Under the pieces are notes generated by a model, which was not told the origin of the DNA, ran no database searches, and worked only from the letters and a program-made list of their open reading frames with translations. The position numbers were made by a program, and so were the translations under genes. From positions 88,846,001 through 88,910,000 of the forward strand of contig OZ024746.1 of NCBI GenBank assembly GCA_964016885.1: a stretch of 64,000 nucleotides of DNA, read 5' to 3'. The stretch comes from Eledone cirrhosa. Its lineage: Eukaryota. Below, piece after piece: positions 12,720 to 24,696 of this stretch (positions are counted from its first letter, which is position 1; each line of letters opens with the position of its first letter).

Positions 12720-14290
12720 TTCAACAACCATCTCTAGCCCAGTGCGGACAGAATAAATAATTTCGAGATCACCATGGGGTCATCAGACTCGACGCAGATA
12801 ACGGATCTTGTGGGGATACTTATTAATAATATACTACATGACTACTGGAGATGACCGGTGGTTTATATCGTAATGATATGCAACTTTTAATCGAAAATAA
12901 TAGTAAATACGAAATAAATAGAAAAAGAAAATCTATAATACAATTTTTTAATAGCTACAATCTTAATTTAGAAATAGAGAATAACTACAAAAGTGTTAAC
13001 GTTTTAGACCTAACATTAAACCTTAATACAGGGTTCTACTATCCATTCCATATAATTAATGAGAACTTAAACTATGTAAGCTTCAACTCCAATCATCCTA
13101 AATCTATTAAGAACACTATAGTACATTCTGTATAACAACGTATTCCTCGAATCTCTGCGAATAAAAACATATTTGACGATAAGGCAGAATATTATAATGA
13201 AGCTTTAAGTAGAGCAAACTATATAAATAAAATTAAATACATCGAAAACAATCATCAGGCAAATAACCATAATGTTAATTATAATTATAAGAAACCTAAC
13301 ATAAACTCTAATACTAATAGAAGGAATAGAACTAGAAACATAATTTGGTATGCACCTCCATTTTCACTAAGTATTAACACACCTTTAGCTTAACTATTTG
13401 TTTAAGCTCTAGATAAATGCTTTCCCACAACCCATAGCTACCATTCAATCTTTAAGAGGCATACCAAAAAACTATCTTACTCTACTACTATGAACTTAAC
13501 ACAAAATATAATAGAATCAATAAGAGAAATCTAAACCACAATAGCACTAATACCTCTAGCAATATCCAACTTAATAATACGGTTCCGAATAATATCAATT
13601 CTGCTAAATGTAATTGTAGAATCAAACCAAACTGTCCTTTAAAAAATAAATGCTTAGATAAAAATGTCATCTATTAATGCTCTGTCAAAACTAATGATCA
13701 TATATTCAACTATATAGGTACTACTTCTACAGACTTCAAATCCCGTTTCAATAATCACAAATGCTCGTTTAATAATGTTGGTAAAACATCTTCAACTTCT
13801 CTATCAAACTTGATATGGAACTTAAAATCTAAAAATATAGACTATTCCTTAACTTGGGATATAATTTCAAAAAGCCCCTGCCTACAGGAAAACAGCTTTA
13901 TCTAGATTTTGCAATTTGTGTGACGAGGACATTTTCTTCATACCTAAATGTAAGAACTCAATTAATATACGTAAAATTTATTCAGTTTTTGTAAACATCG
14001 CCTAAATCAACTTTTAAAAATATATATAAAATATAATTACATCTATAATTTTTCTACATATTGCCTATAATTTTCACTTATTAAAATGTCTTTATTATAT
14101 ACTTATATGATCATGAATCTTTAATTTAATATTATTTATATTAAAATGTCTTATATTATATACATATATGATCATACATTTTTATAAACATTTTTTATAA
14201 ATTTTTATAAACATTCTTTATAATTTTTTATACATTTTTGATTTAAACTTTTATTTTACTTTAAATATTTTTACTTATTTTTTACTTATT
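12720..14290 (+). mobile_element. 5'-truncated Penelope-like element (probably Hydra clade): RT core/thumb + GIY-YIG endonuclease + AT-rich 3' region, disrupted
   Basis: FEITMGSSDSTQITDLVG, GGLYRND, VNVLDLTLNL, SNHPKSI, RNIIWYAPPFS, KCNCRIKPNCPLKNKCLDKNVIY (CxCx5C), YIGTTSTDFKSRFNNHK, CNLC, FCKHR. In-frame stops and frameshifts are present. Confidence 0.9.
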
Positions 14291-15846
14291 AATCTAAGCT
14301 ATTCCATGATTTGCTCCTGTATAATGGGCAAATTCCTTTCATGTCCAGTTCTATGAGGGTCTTATACTTCTCCATGGCTCCTTCGTATACTCTGACTCTG
14401 TCTCTTTGGTTGTAGCCAGAGAACTGCATGCGGTTGATGAAGTGTTGGATGTGTCTTTCCATTTCTGTTGGGTCGCACATGCGGGACACATTCTTCGTCA
14501 CTCGTACCAAATCTGCTATCAGAATATTAAACTTAGCATTACTGGACATTGCTGAGACTTTGAGTATCAGGTATTTGGAGGCCATGGGTTTAGCATAGTG
14601 TGAGTGGAGAATTTGGGCTCTCTCGTCTATAGTTTTAATCCAGAGTTCCGTGTCTAATACAGGTAGTCTATTGTTAGGGTGTTTGGAACGGTAGTGGATA
14701 GTTACAGTTATACTCTGGTGTATGGAATTAGCTATCCGCTGGATACTTTCCATTGTGCTACGTTCTAAATCAAACTTGTTAGTGCTCTCTAGTGAGGATG
14801 TTCTTATAACTATATTGATATCGTCTACGTAACGAGAGTACATGGTGAGGTCTATAGGGCTCTCATTAAGGAGATATTTAAGTCTCCTTTCCCACCATGC
14901 CATAAACAGGTTGGAAACATCACCAGCTATGCTGACGCCAATGGCTGCTCCTCATTTTGGGTGTAGATCTTCTCGTTGAACTTGAAAATGTGGCCCTTTA
15001 GGGTAGTTTTGATACTAGCCCCTATTGCATGTGCGACCATTTTTCTTACCTGATCATTGTTTTGGGGGTTCGGTATAGCTTTGGTCCACCCAATCCGCCT
15101 TTCCATGGGAGTCTTTTTAGCCATTGAAGTTATGGTGGGGTGTCTACCTCTTATGGGTCTACTGGGGCAGACACGTCTAAGGCCATTGCTTTCATGGTAG
15201 TCAGTGTCGTAGGTAAGTCTAAGTAGGAGGCCCAGTTCGTCTGTGTCGACCTCGCAGAACTCTACCTCACTCTCAATGATCATCTCCACACATTTTTCCA
15301 CAGCAAAATCAATGTTAATGGATGGGTACAGTGATACCACATCCATGCTGCCTATTATGCAGTTGGATATGTTCCTCTTTTTGTTGCACTCACTGATTCT
15401 GCTGAGGAGGTCTTCTGTACTGTCACATACATCTGGGGACAAATTGATTATGGGGCGTATAAGCATTGAGAGGAAGTAGGAGATCCTGTAGTTGCTAGCT
15501 ATAGTTGGTCGCATACGGGTCTTGTTGATGGTCCTATTGTCGGGTCGTCGACTGTCTTGTGGTCTTTGCGGAGCCCATACAAGCGCGGTATGCCATTGTT
15601 AGACGCCTGGAAGTTATTGGCAGTGCGTCTGCTTGGCTTTAGGATGTCGGTCCACATCATCATGTAAGCGTTGAGTATTTTGTCTCTCCCATCATGTGTT
15701 TTCTGTGCAATTTCGCTCGTGTTGGTGATGTGGGGTTGCATAGCCTTGATGTAGTTCGGCATGCTATCTATTGACATCCTACCAGACTTATCCGTGGGTA
15801 GACATACTACCTCACCATCCCTTGTGCGCTGCTTGAGGCTAACCTC

Positions 15847-15847
<1 letters not shown>
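14289..15847 (-). mobile_element. Penelope-like reverse transcriptase fragment of a different clade, frameshifted, truncated at both ends
   Basis: VVCLPTDKSG, IPRLYGLRKDHK, STRPVC, GSMDVVSLYPSI, FKFNEKIYTQ, AIGVSIAGDVSNLFM, YSRYVDDI, LPVLD, HYAKP. Confidence 0.88.
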
Positions 15848-15902
<55 letters not shown>

Positions 15903-15950
15903 AGATGTGTGTGCATGTGTGTATGTGTGTGTTTGTGTGTATCTGTGTAT

Positions 15951-16127
15951 AGGAAAGGACCCCGATGGCTCAGCTTCGGCCGTTTCGACAGCTAGATACG
16001 AACGACAGCTGTCGAAACAGTCGGCGCTCAGCCATCGGGATCATGACTATTTTCATATTACCCACTCTAATATCCAGTACTCTGGTGCGTTATTTTCCAC
16101 CTGTTGCCTTACCACACTTGCTGCGTT
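15951..16127 (-). repeat. Palindrome-family repeat, both arms present
   Basis: Reverse-complement homology to 34371-34560. Confidence 0.8.
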
Positions 16128-16134
16128 ATCTATC

Positions 16135-16179
<45 letters not shown>

Positions 16180-16184
16180 ATCCA

Positions 16185-16300
<116 letters not shown>

Positions 16301-16474
16301 TCTGATACAGAACTGTCTTATCTGCATGAAGTCAGCAGGAATGTCAGATGAATTTGGGTCATCTCTGCTTATTTATAGATTTCGCCGTTCGTAGTTGAAT
16401 GGAGTCGTGGTGGATTGGAGGAGGTATAGCAGAAATGTCAGTCAAAACGGTGGAAAACTCATTCATACATGTAA

Positions 16475-16660
16475 TAATTGTTTCTACTTTAGGCACAAGG
16501 CCAGCAATAAACCAGTGCATTACTGGTACTTTATTTTATTGACCCTGTAAGGATGAAAGGCAAAGTCAACCTCGGCGGGATTTGAATTCAGATTGTAAAG
16601 GGATGTAACTATGCTAAAAAAGCATGGCGTCCGACCCTCTCCCGATACTGCCAATCCAAT
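16475..16660 (-). mobile_element. tRNA-derived SINE copy
   Basis: Same head, core and tail as the other copies. Confidence 0.85.
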
Positions 16661-16744
16661 GATAATAAGCTTAATCTCTACCAAAGTACTGAGTACCTTT
16701 CTAGGCTGTGGTTAGTCTCTGACATTACTGGGGAAAATATATTA

Positions 16745-17658
16745 TCTATATATATATAAAACTGAGGAAGTATGTCTGTGTGTGTGTGAGTTTGAATCCA
16801 TGAAACTCGAGAAACACCCAACCGACTGTTTTCAAGATTTACACATGTAATACTTATGTTTCAGGGAGTGTTCTGAGCAAAAATAATTTCAAATGGTCAA
16901 TGCTCTAGGCACATCATTAGGCGATTGAGCAATCTGTCTCTATAATTCTTAGTCTTTCTCTTTTTAGATAGATACATACATATAACGTCGCGCCCTTATA
17001 ATATCTGTCTATATGTCTGACTGTCTGCATTACCTCACTTTCCTGAGGATGTCTATCTGTTGTGTGCGTGTGTGTGTGCGTCTCTGTGAGTTTGAATCCC
17101 TAAAACTCTAGAAGTACCCAACCGACTTTTTTCAACCTTTACATGTGTATTACTTATGTTTCAGGGAGTGTTATGCACATAAGGAATCCAACTGTCTGAT
17201 CCTCTACGGATCGCTTTAGGTTAGAAACTGCGTTTTTTTCATGTTTTTTAGGGGGGTTCTGAGGCGGTACGTCAGACTGATTTCCTTGAAAGTGTAACTA
17301 CGGATTAGTCAATCCCTTCTTCATACCGTGAGCAAAGAAAATCCAACTTTTGTATTTCACATTCTCAGCTTTTTAGGGATTTTTTGAGGCGTTAGGTCTA
17401 GCCGATTTTCCCGAAATTTCAAGGCATATTAAGCACATAAAAACTTTCATTTTCTTGATCCCCTAGGGCCTGCATTAGGTGAAAACCTGCATTTTTCCTA
17501 TTTCATCTAGGAAAATCTTAAAGATTATCCAGCCATCAAAGTATTCGGTTTATTTTCTTTACATGTTGTCAAGGCATGTAGTTCTTCCTCGATTAGGTCT
17601 GTTGGCGGTCCGCGTTCCAAAATACCTTATCCCGTGCAAGGCCGGGTACCACTGCTAA
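16745..17658 (+). mobile_element. Non-autonomous Helitron
   Basis: 5' A|TCTATATATATATAAAA, 3' hairpin CCCGTGCAAGGCCGGG then CTAA|T (CTRR, A/T target). Internal ~100-bp direct repeat at ~16775 and ~17070. Confidence 0.8.
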
Positions 17659-17798
17659 TAATATATATATATATATATATATATTAATAAAAGTAATTCC
17701 ATCTTTGTCTGATTCACTCGTTTTATTTACAATCCTTTAAAATTATAATGATATTATAATGAAATTGTATGGTAGAATATTAAATGTTAAGTGTTAAT

Positions 17799-17837
17799 TG
17801 AACAAGTACGTTCATGCTTTCGCAATCTTCAGGTTCA
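17799..17837 (-). ncRNA. Degenerate minimal hammerhead motif
   Basis: ugaac CUGAAGA uugc gaaa gcau GAA cguac UU guuca. The GAAA and stem III junction has lost bases. Confidence 0.5.
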
Positions 17838-17994
17838 TATTCAGTGGTGACAGTCAAGTTTGCAATTTTGAACTGTAATGAGATGGGTTAATTCTGTGCC
17901 TTATATACAGTAAAAAGGGGCTACAGAATGGTAAGTTTTGCAAATTGTATTTCGACTAATCGGTGTGTAGTTTCACTAGATTACTAAAGCTGAT

Positions 17995-18041
<47 letters not shown>

Positions 18042-18653
18042 CAGGGAAAATAAATCTAAAATGCAACCGAATACTTATTTATTTCCTTTACTGGTTTCAC
18101 AGTTCTTATGCTTTTCGAATGTAAAATTGAGATGGACGGTTGGTATAAACTGGAGTATATGATAGTTTTATGTATGAAAAATATTTACTGGCTTTTAAAC
18201 TGTGATCCTCCCTCAACTAACTACGTAGAGGTCCGTGACATTAGACGGTTGTGTCAGCAACTATTTCTTTCTCATAATTTAGGAATAAACACTTGGACAA
18301 TGAAATGAGTAAATTCTATGAATTGAATACATATTGCCTATGAGACAATTATTTCAGCACTCCATTTGTGAATATGCCACACTATAGGGAAATCAATGTT
18401 CCCAAGAGAGTTTTATTTTTTATTGTAATCTCAATACCGACTAATTAAACGTCACTGATATTGAGATAAATAATTAACACATGAGCCTGGGTGTCACACA
18501 CGGCTACTAAGACAGTTATCACATCAGCAATGCTTAAACACATTATTAAATCGCTTTGAGAGTGAATAATATAACTTTAGTAGATAAAATCCTAGCGAGT
18601 ATGGATAATATACATTTATTGTGAATCCGGGTTTGGTAATGCTTATATATATG

Positions 18654-18761
<108 letters not shown>

Positions 18762-18788
18762 TGTGTATACCTACACACACACACAGAC

Positions 18789-18844
<56 letters not shown>

Positions 18845-18861
18845 ACACGCCATTTATTTGT

Positions 18862-19444
18862 TAGACTCGAAACCGATTCGGTAAAGGTAACCATAATGAG
18901 TAAAGTTAACATTTTAAAATTTATTTTGAAACTTTTTCTTATTTGCTAAACCTTGATTATATATGTTCTGGCTCGTTAATTTATTAACCTGCCATTGAAC
19001 CACATTGGCATATGGTTGGACAATAGATGTGTCCCTAAGCGCTTTGTGCGTGTAGGGATATATACTTTATTATTATTCTCCTCTTGGTCCAAAAAGAATT
19101 TGGTCGTTCTGACTGCTGCTAGTTATAGTGGTAGTAGACTGACCTCCCTGCCTTTGCTGCTATCTTTACACACGGCACTTGAAGGAATTGCTCCCACATC
19201 ATTTATTCTCATTTCGGGAACAACTTTGAATAGCGCCAATTCGTAATTTGAACTCGGGAATGTTATATTCTCCGAGTGAAAAGATCCTTCTGACGAGAGT
19301 TTTCTTTGCAATTGATGCCGTAAGTACTGTCCATTCATTTTTGAGACTCGAAACCGATTCGGTAAGGGTAACCATGGTGAGTAAAGTTAATTTTTTAAAA
19401 TTTATTTTGAAACTTGTTCTTATTTGCTAAACCTTGATTATATA
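18862..19444 (+). mobile_element. Partial-tandem HHR element (pseudo-LTR / retrozyme-like), (TA)n-flanked
   Basis: ~100-bp direct repeat at 18862-18963 and 19343-19444. Each copy carries GAAACCGATTCGGTA; the second is part of a full HHR. Confidence 0.75.
19284..19369 (+). ncRNA. Type I hammerhead ribozyme, intact core
   Basis: auccuu CUGACGA gaguuuu..gagacuc GAAA ccgauucgg UA agggu. GUA triplet, predicted cut after 19364. Confidence 0.8.
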
Positions 19445-19449
19445 TATAT

Positions 19450-19719
19450 ATATTGTTATACTTGGGGAGGGTCATATTGTTGTAATAATATTGCCAGAAT
19501 TAATAACTTTGTCAGACTATATTTATGTGTTTGTATCTATATTATATCTGTATATTTTTACCGTTGGTCAGTCAATGGTAACATTGAGGACCGAATAAAT
19601 TAACTGATATAAAATATAAAAGATACAGAAGAGAAAATCAACCGAACAGTGAGTGTTTTCTGTTATTAATTCTGTCAATATTATTACAACAACATGACCC
19701 TCCCCAAGTATAACAATAT
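19450..19719. repeat. ~58-bp inverted repeat pair (MITE-like or fold-back)
   Basis: 19450-19507 is the reverse complement of 19662-19719 with about 2 mismatches. Confidence 0.85.
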
Positions 19720-19794
19720 TTGTTTCGACACACGATTTCATATAAAAAACCTCGCAAAACAAATATATGTGTGTGCATGTGTGTGTGTGTGTGT

Positions 19795-19831
<37 letters not shown>

Positions 19832-20029
19832 TGCGTGTGGGTGTAGGGGGGGGGGGGGGGTTACTTATATATATAAGCAGAATAAATAGAGGAGAGAGGC
19901 AATTCCTTTAAAAACAAACTTTATATATATATACGATATCAAAATAACAGTTCACGCATATATGCGTGTGTACGAACGCATATACACTACTATATGTGAT
20001 ATTTACATAGAATCTTCAGTGAAGACAAA

Positions 20030-20925
20030 AAAATGTTTATACTGATGTTGCTAGAATTTAGTCCAAATTATACAGCACCGAATGAAAATAATCATTACTT
20101 GGATAAATATTCGTTTACAGGAGAGACAAAGATACGTCTGAGTGCTTTACTTAGAACGATAATTTCAATTAGGTCTAATTTGTACATTTAAAATGGCGGT
20201 TACGAAGGCGCGTAATAATTTGAGGAAAGTAACTATTGTGTATTTATTAGAAAAAGAGAGAATGTTATTTATTAATTAAAACAGGCCAATTTGAGTGACA
20301 TTGATAGAGTAGATATTAGGTGGTGTGTGGTGTGTGGTGGGCTATATTTAAAATTCCAATTAAGCATTTAATTGGTGATTTAGATGATCTGGTTAATCTA
20401 TAAGAGGTAGCTAACAGGAGTTTTAGGATTTTGGGAATAGAAAATGGGCTGAAATTAAGATGGTTACTTTGGGTCAAATCGCCTGCTATGGAAAGAGTAA
20501 AGGAGGTTATATTGGCAATTTAATAAAGTTTCAGCTCTAATGTTGTATAAGCTCTATAAGTGTATGAGGAGGGCATAAAATATATTATGATTCCATCAAA
20601 CATAAGTAACACTTATTCTTAAGTTATAAGGGGTTGCTCAGTCTATTATACTCCATTGGGTTGTGTATCTAGTGTTAGATTGTATTAGTTGAGTGATATA
20701 GTTTACGCGAGAGGTTGAGAACTTGAGTTTTCTATTCCCAAACGAATGGAGTTGTGTTCTAAATCTAATTTTGAATCATTAGAAGCTCCTATGTACGATT
20801 TAGTTCTATTATCAGTAGTTATCGTGTCCATATATATCACATTACTATCTAGAAAATGACTCTGAAGTGGACAGTTGTTGGGGTTCCTACAATTATAATC
20901 CTTGTTTTTACTATTTCTAGCATAT
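20030..20925 (-). mobile_element. Decayed 3' end of a PLE (GIY-YIG fragment + 3' region)
   Basis: NCRNPNNCPLQSHFLDSNVIY..KSYIGAS..HNSIRL matches the endonuclease of 12720-14290. The left boundary is approximate. Confidence 0.7.
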
Positions 20926-21283
20926 ATGTATATATATATATAAATATTGCAGTTTCCGTTGAAAATTGAAAAAGTCATAGGAGTGGCGAGTGCTCTATGT
21001 AAGTTACAGAGCTAAATTTAATGTTCATTTGTAGGTGCATATACACACATTTATACACATCCCCTTCCTATATTTCTTTATTTTATTTTTATATACCTCT
21101 TGTATTATTACTTTTATTTACATATATTTTTTTCCCGTTAAACGTTTGCCTTTCTTGAGGAGATTTTTCCAATATATCACTATGTTTTAAATTGCTTTGT
21201 CATACGAACGAAGGCGGACGTATTTTGTATTCGTCTTATTCGGGAAACCTCTGGTATTGAGGTAATTATATTGTATTGTTTAT

Positions 21284-21364
<81 letters not shown>

Positions 21365-21445
21365 CGTGTGCGTGCATGTGCGTGTGTATGTATGTGTATA
21401 TGTGTGTATGTGCGTGTGTGTGCGTGTGTATGTTTGAGTGTGTGC

Positions 21446-21513
<68 letters not shown>

Positions 21514-23243
21514 ATTGGTGTTGTTCTATTTGATGACATAAAGGCAACTACGATTTCTATGTGTGTTTCTGTCTATGTACGAGTGTGTGACAGTGTGCAT
21601 TACAATGTATGTGCGTATGGTTATGTGTGCACGTAAACATGATTGTGTATCAATGTTTGATTGTATATGATACAATATGAGTGTTCGGCTAACGGTTATT
21701 TTAGATCATACACTCAGTTCACCTTGTTTTTGCGCACTTATTGAAAGTGCGTGCATAGCTCTAGGCGATTGAAATTCATGTTGTTATTAATATATTAAAC
21801 ATTATATTATGTTTCGATACGTCGCATTTTCTATTGCTAAATAAACAAATAAAAATATGGTTCAGCACCACAGATTAACCATTAGTAAAATCTATTTCAT
21901 ATGATTATTTATTATTTTGGCGGACAGAGTTCAAAGGAGGGGTAAAGAAGAAAGTAGAATGGGATCCTAAATCCGCATGATATATTAATATAATAGTATA
22001 TATGTAAATGATATGCCTTGTGTATGGGTGATTTTAGCAATCATTTTATTAGCATGGATATGGAGGTAATCACTGTATTGATTACCCCACATAAATCGTA
22101 CTTTATTCATTCCTTGCCCCACTCCCGTCGATTATAAACATGTGTTGTTGCTGATCCGCTCCCTCATCGAAAACGAAACGCTCCATCATCGAAAACGTAA
22201 TTGATTCAACCTACCGATTCATGCATCATTCACATATTAATCTCGATACGTGAATTGCTGGTAATATTTCTGAGCTGCTTATATTTCAAGGATTTAAAAT
22301 TACTGCTATATGCAATGATATATTCACATGCGTCTGAATAAGGATACATCTTTTTTCTGTCATATTGCAAAGGGGAAATTATATTCAATATATATATGAG
22401 AAAAAGATAGGCTTCTAAATATTTTCCTACGGCATAGTAAATGAGTGACATAAGTTAAATATATCAGTTTCTGTATCAAATATTAATAGAGGTTACACTA
22501 ACGTAGATTCTAAGATAAGATGCCGACCTGCATTTAAATGAAGTCAGCTCCTGATGCGATACACTGCAGGCTCAATAAAAAAAAACAGCTCTTAAATGTA
22601 ATCGACACTGCATCGAAAATAGAGCTTGCACAAATATTTTGGTTATCTATATCTGATTAAATATATATTGTTGTTGCAATGATAAATGAATTGGAATACA
22701 ATTCACTGGTGTATATCATTGATAATGTATGACTAAATATCTGTGTCATATTCACCAATAGCAAAGATTGCAAGAGTCAGTATTCTAATGGTCCCGCCAA
22801 CTCATTATTTTCTCTTCTAATCTAATCTCTATAACTAGATCACCAAATAAGGAACATAATTTACTGTATATATCCTGGAGGTGTTACCTTTATAGAATGC
22901 AATTTCGCTTATTGAATTGATTATCTTTACTGTCTTGTTACAACTTTTATACACATTCAGAGACTATATCTTTATCAGGTTATCACCGCCTAAAATATAT
23001 AGATCAAGTTTATCATACTGACACAGAAAGGAGTTACCTAATTAGTTTCCTAAAGCTTATAGCTAATTATTTCTTCAGATAGCTGCTCTATTATTAGGAT
23101 ACTGATAATTATCTTGCTAAAAGTAATCATCAAAGAGGAATGTGTTTAAGAATAAGTTCAAAACCTACTTAATATTTGATTTTCTTTTTTCTTTGTTTTA
23201 GTTATAATTGATAGGTGTAGGATTAATCTCGTACAAGTCTTAC

Positions 23244-23314
23244 AGTGTTCCAAATTTGTTTCTAAGCCCTACGGGAAAGTAGTTTTCTGTTTGGTCCCCA
23301 TCTGGGATTTCAGC
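23244..23314 (-). other. Candidate exon (71 nt; AEIPDGDQTENYFPVGLRNKFGT)
   Basis: ttaattacag acceptor, gtaaga donor, one open frame. Confidence 0.3.
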
Positions 23315-24085
23315 CTGTAATTAACAAAACGCTGGATATAGGTGGAATTGCGTTGCAAATATTATGCTACTTAAATACAAGAAAAAGAAGTGACATCTGA
23401 ATGTAATGAGTTGCAGTGTTAGTGTCAGCCGGAAAATTAAAAGCAAATGTCATGGTGCAAGACCTACAGCATCACCACCTTCATTAGAAATGTCACTAAA
23501 ACCAACATCAATATAATAACAGTTTCAATAACTGATAAAATAAAAACCTGAAGTACCCGATAAACTATCTTTGCAGAGAAATGCTGACCCCTGTGAAACA
23601 TTATTAATGAGTTAAGTAGATGTGTCTATAAAAATAGTGCATAAGCCGAAGACACAGCAAAAGGAAGGCTGTTAATTGTAGCAAGAATAGTCACATTATT
23701 AACCCAAAACGCTTACAGGAGATGGCTAAATGTACATGTTTGACGTGCAACATATGCGCAGCTGGAAAACTGGCGGATAGCCATAATAATATCAAGCACT
23801 CTATAAAACGTAACTGATAAACCCCTGGTAGACGTTTTGGGAAAACGCTGATTGTTGACAAAAATCGACCTACCAGTCTATTTCAGAGGAATCTCATAGG
23901 GTGATCTATGTATAATTACTATATTTCTCTGAACTACCAATGCTTCCTTGTGTCATAACGTTACTAAAAGAAATGTCAAAACCCCAGTATTGGCGCCACA
24001 TGTCCTGAGAGTGATTAATGGGAAGTGCCGATATCAATCGTTTAATGACTACACATTGCTAGCTTATGATGTAATGTGAACTGAC

Positions 24086-24301
24086 CAGCATCACTTGGAG
24101 AATGCAGGAGAATCTCGTAAAAATCTCGGGAGAATCTCGTGGAAATATTTATCCTGTGGTCCTTCTTTGATTTAAAAGAAAAGGAATGTCTCCACTGCCC
24201 CTTAGTTATGACACCAGCAGTACCGTGTGTGTAACGCGATAACAGGAACGGAAAATTGACACTTTCCTCTTCCAATACGACTTCAAGTACACATTCTGCT
24301 T
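24086..24301 (-). other. Candidate 216-nt phase 1-1 coding exon
   Basis: ccctgtgttctag acceptor, gtcagt donor, open frame EAECVLEVVLEEESVNFPFLLSRYTHGTAGVITKGQWRHSFSFK.. in non-repetitive, GC-richer DNA. Confidence 0.35.
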
Positions 24302-24482
24302 CTAGAACACAGGGGAATGGGTAAATGAGAGTTGTACATAAAGCAGATTAGCACTCGTCCTTGACGGTGTAGTCAGTCGTAGAAGGAAAAGATTTCCTCT
24401 TTTAGCCCACATTGATCATGCCACTTGTCGGATAATTTTATTAACCATGTAATTAAAAAGGATGGCGTAACTACTAAAGGAA

Positions 24483-24696
24483 TTATGGATTGGCAATATC
24501 GGCAGATGGTCGGACGCCATGCTTTGCAGCATAGATTTACTGCCCTTTACGCTCTGAGTTCAAATCCCGCCGAGATTAATGTTGCCTTTCATTCTTACGC
24601 GGTCGACAAAATAAAGTACCATCACGCACTGGGGTCGATTTAATCATAAAACATTGCTGGCCTAGTGTCTATATTAGGAACCATTATTATTGTTAT
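24483..24696 (+). mobile_element. tRNA-derived SINE copy with (TTA)n-like tail
   Basis: TTGGCAATATCGGCAGA head, GAGTTCAAATCC, core, tail CCATTATTATTGTTATT. Confidence 0.85.
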
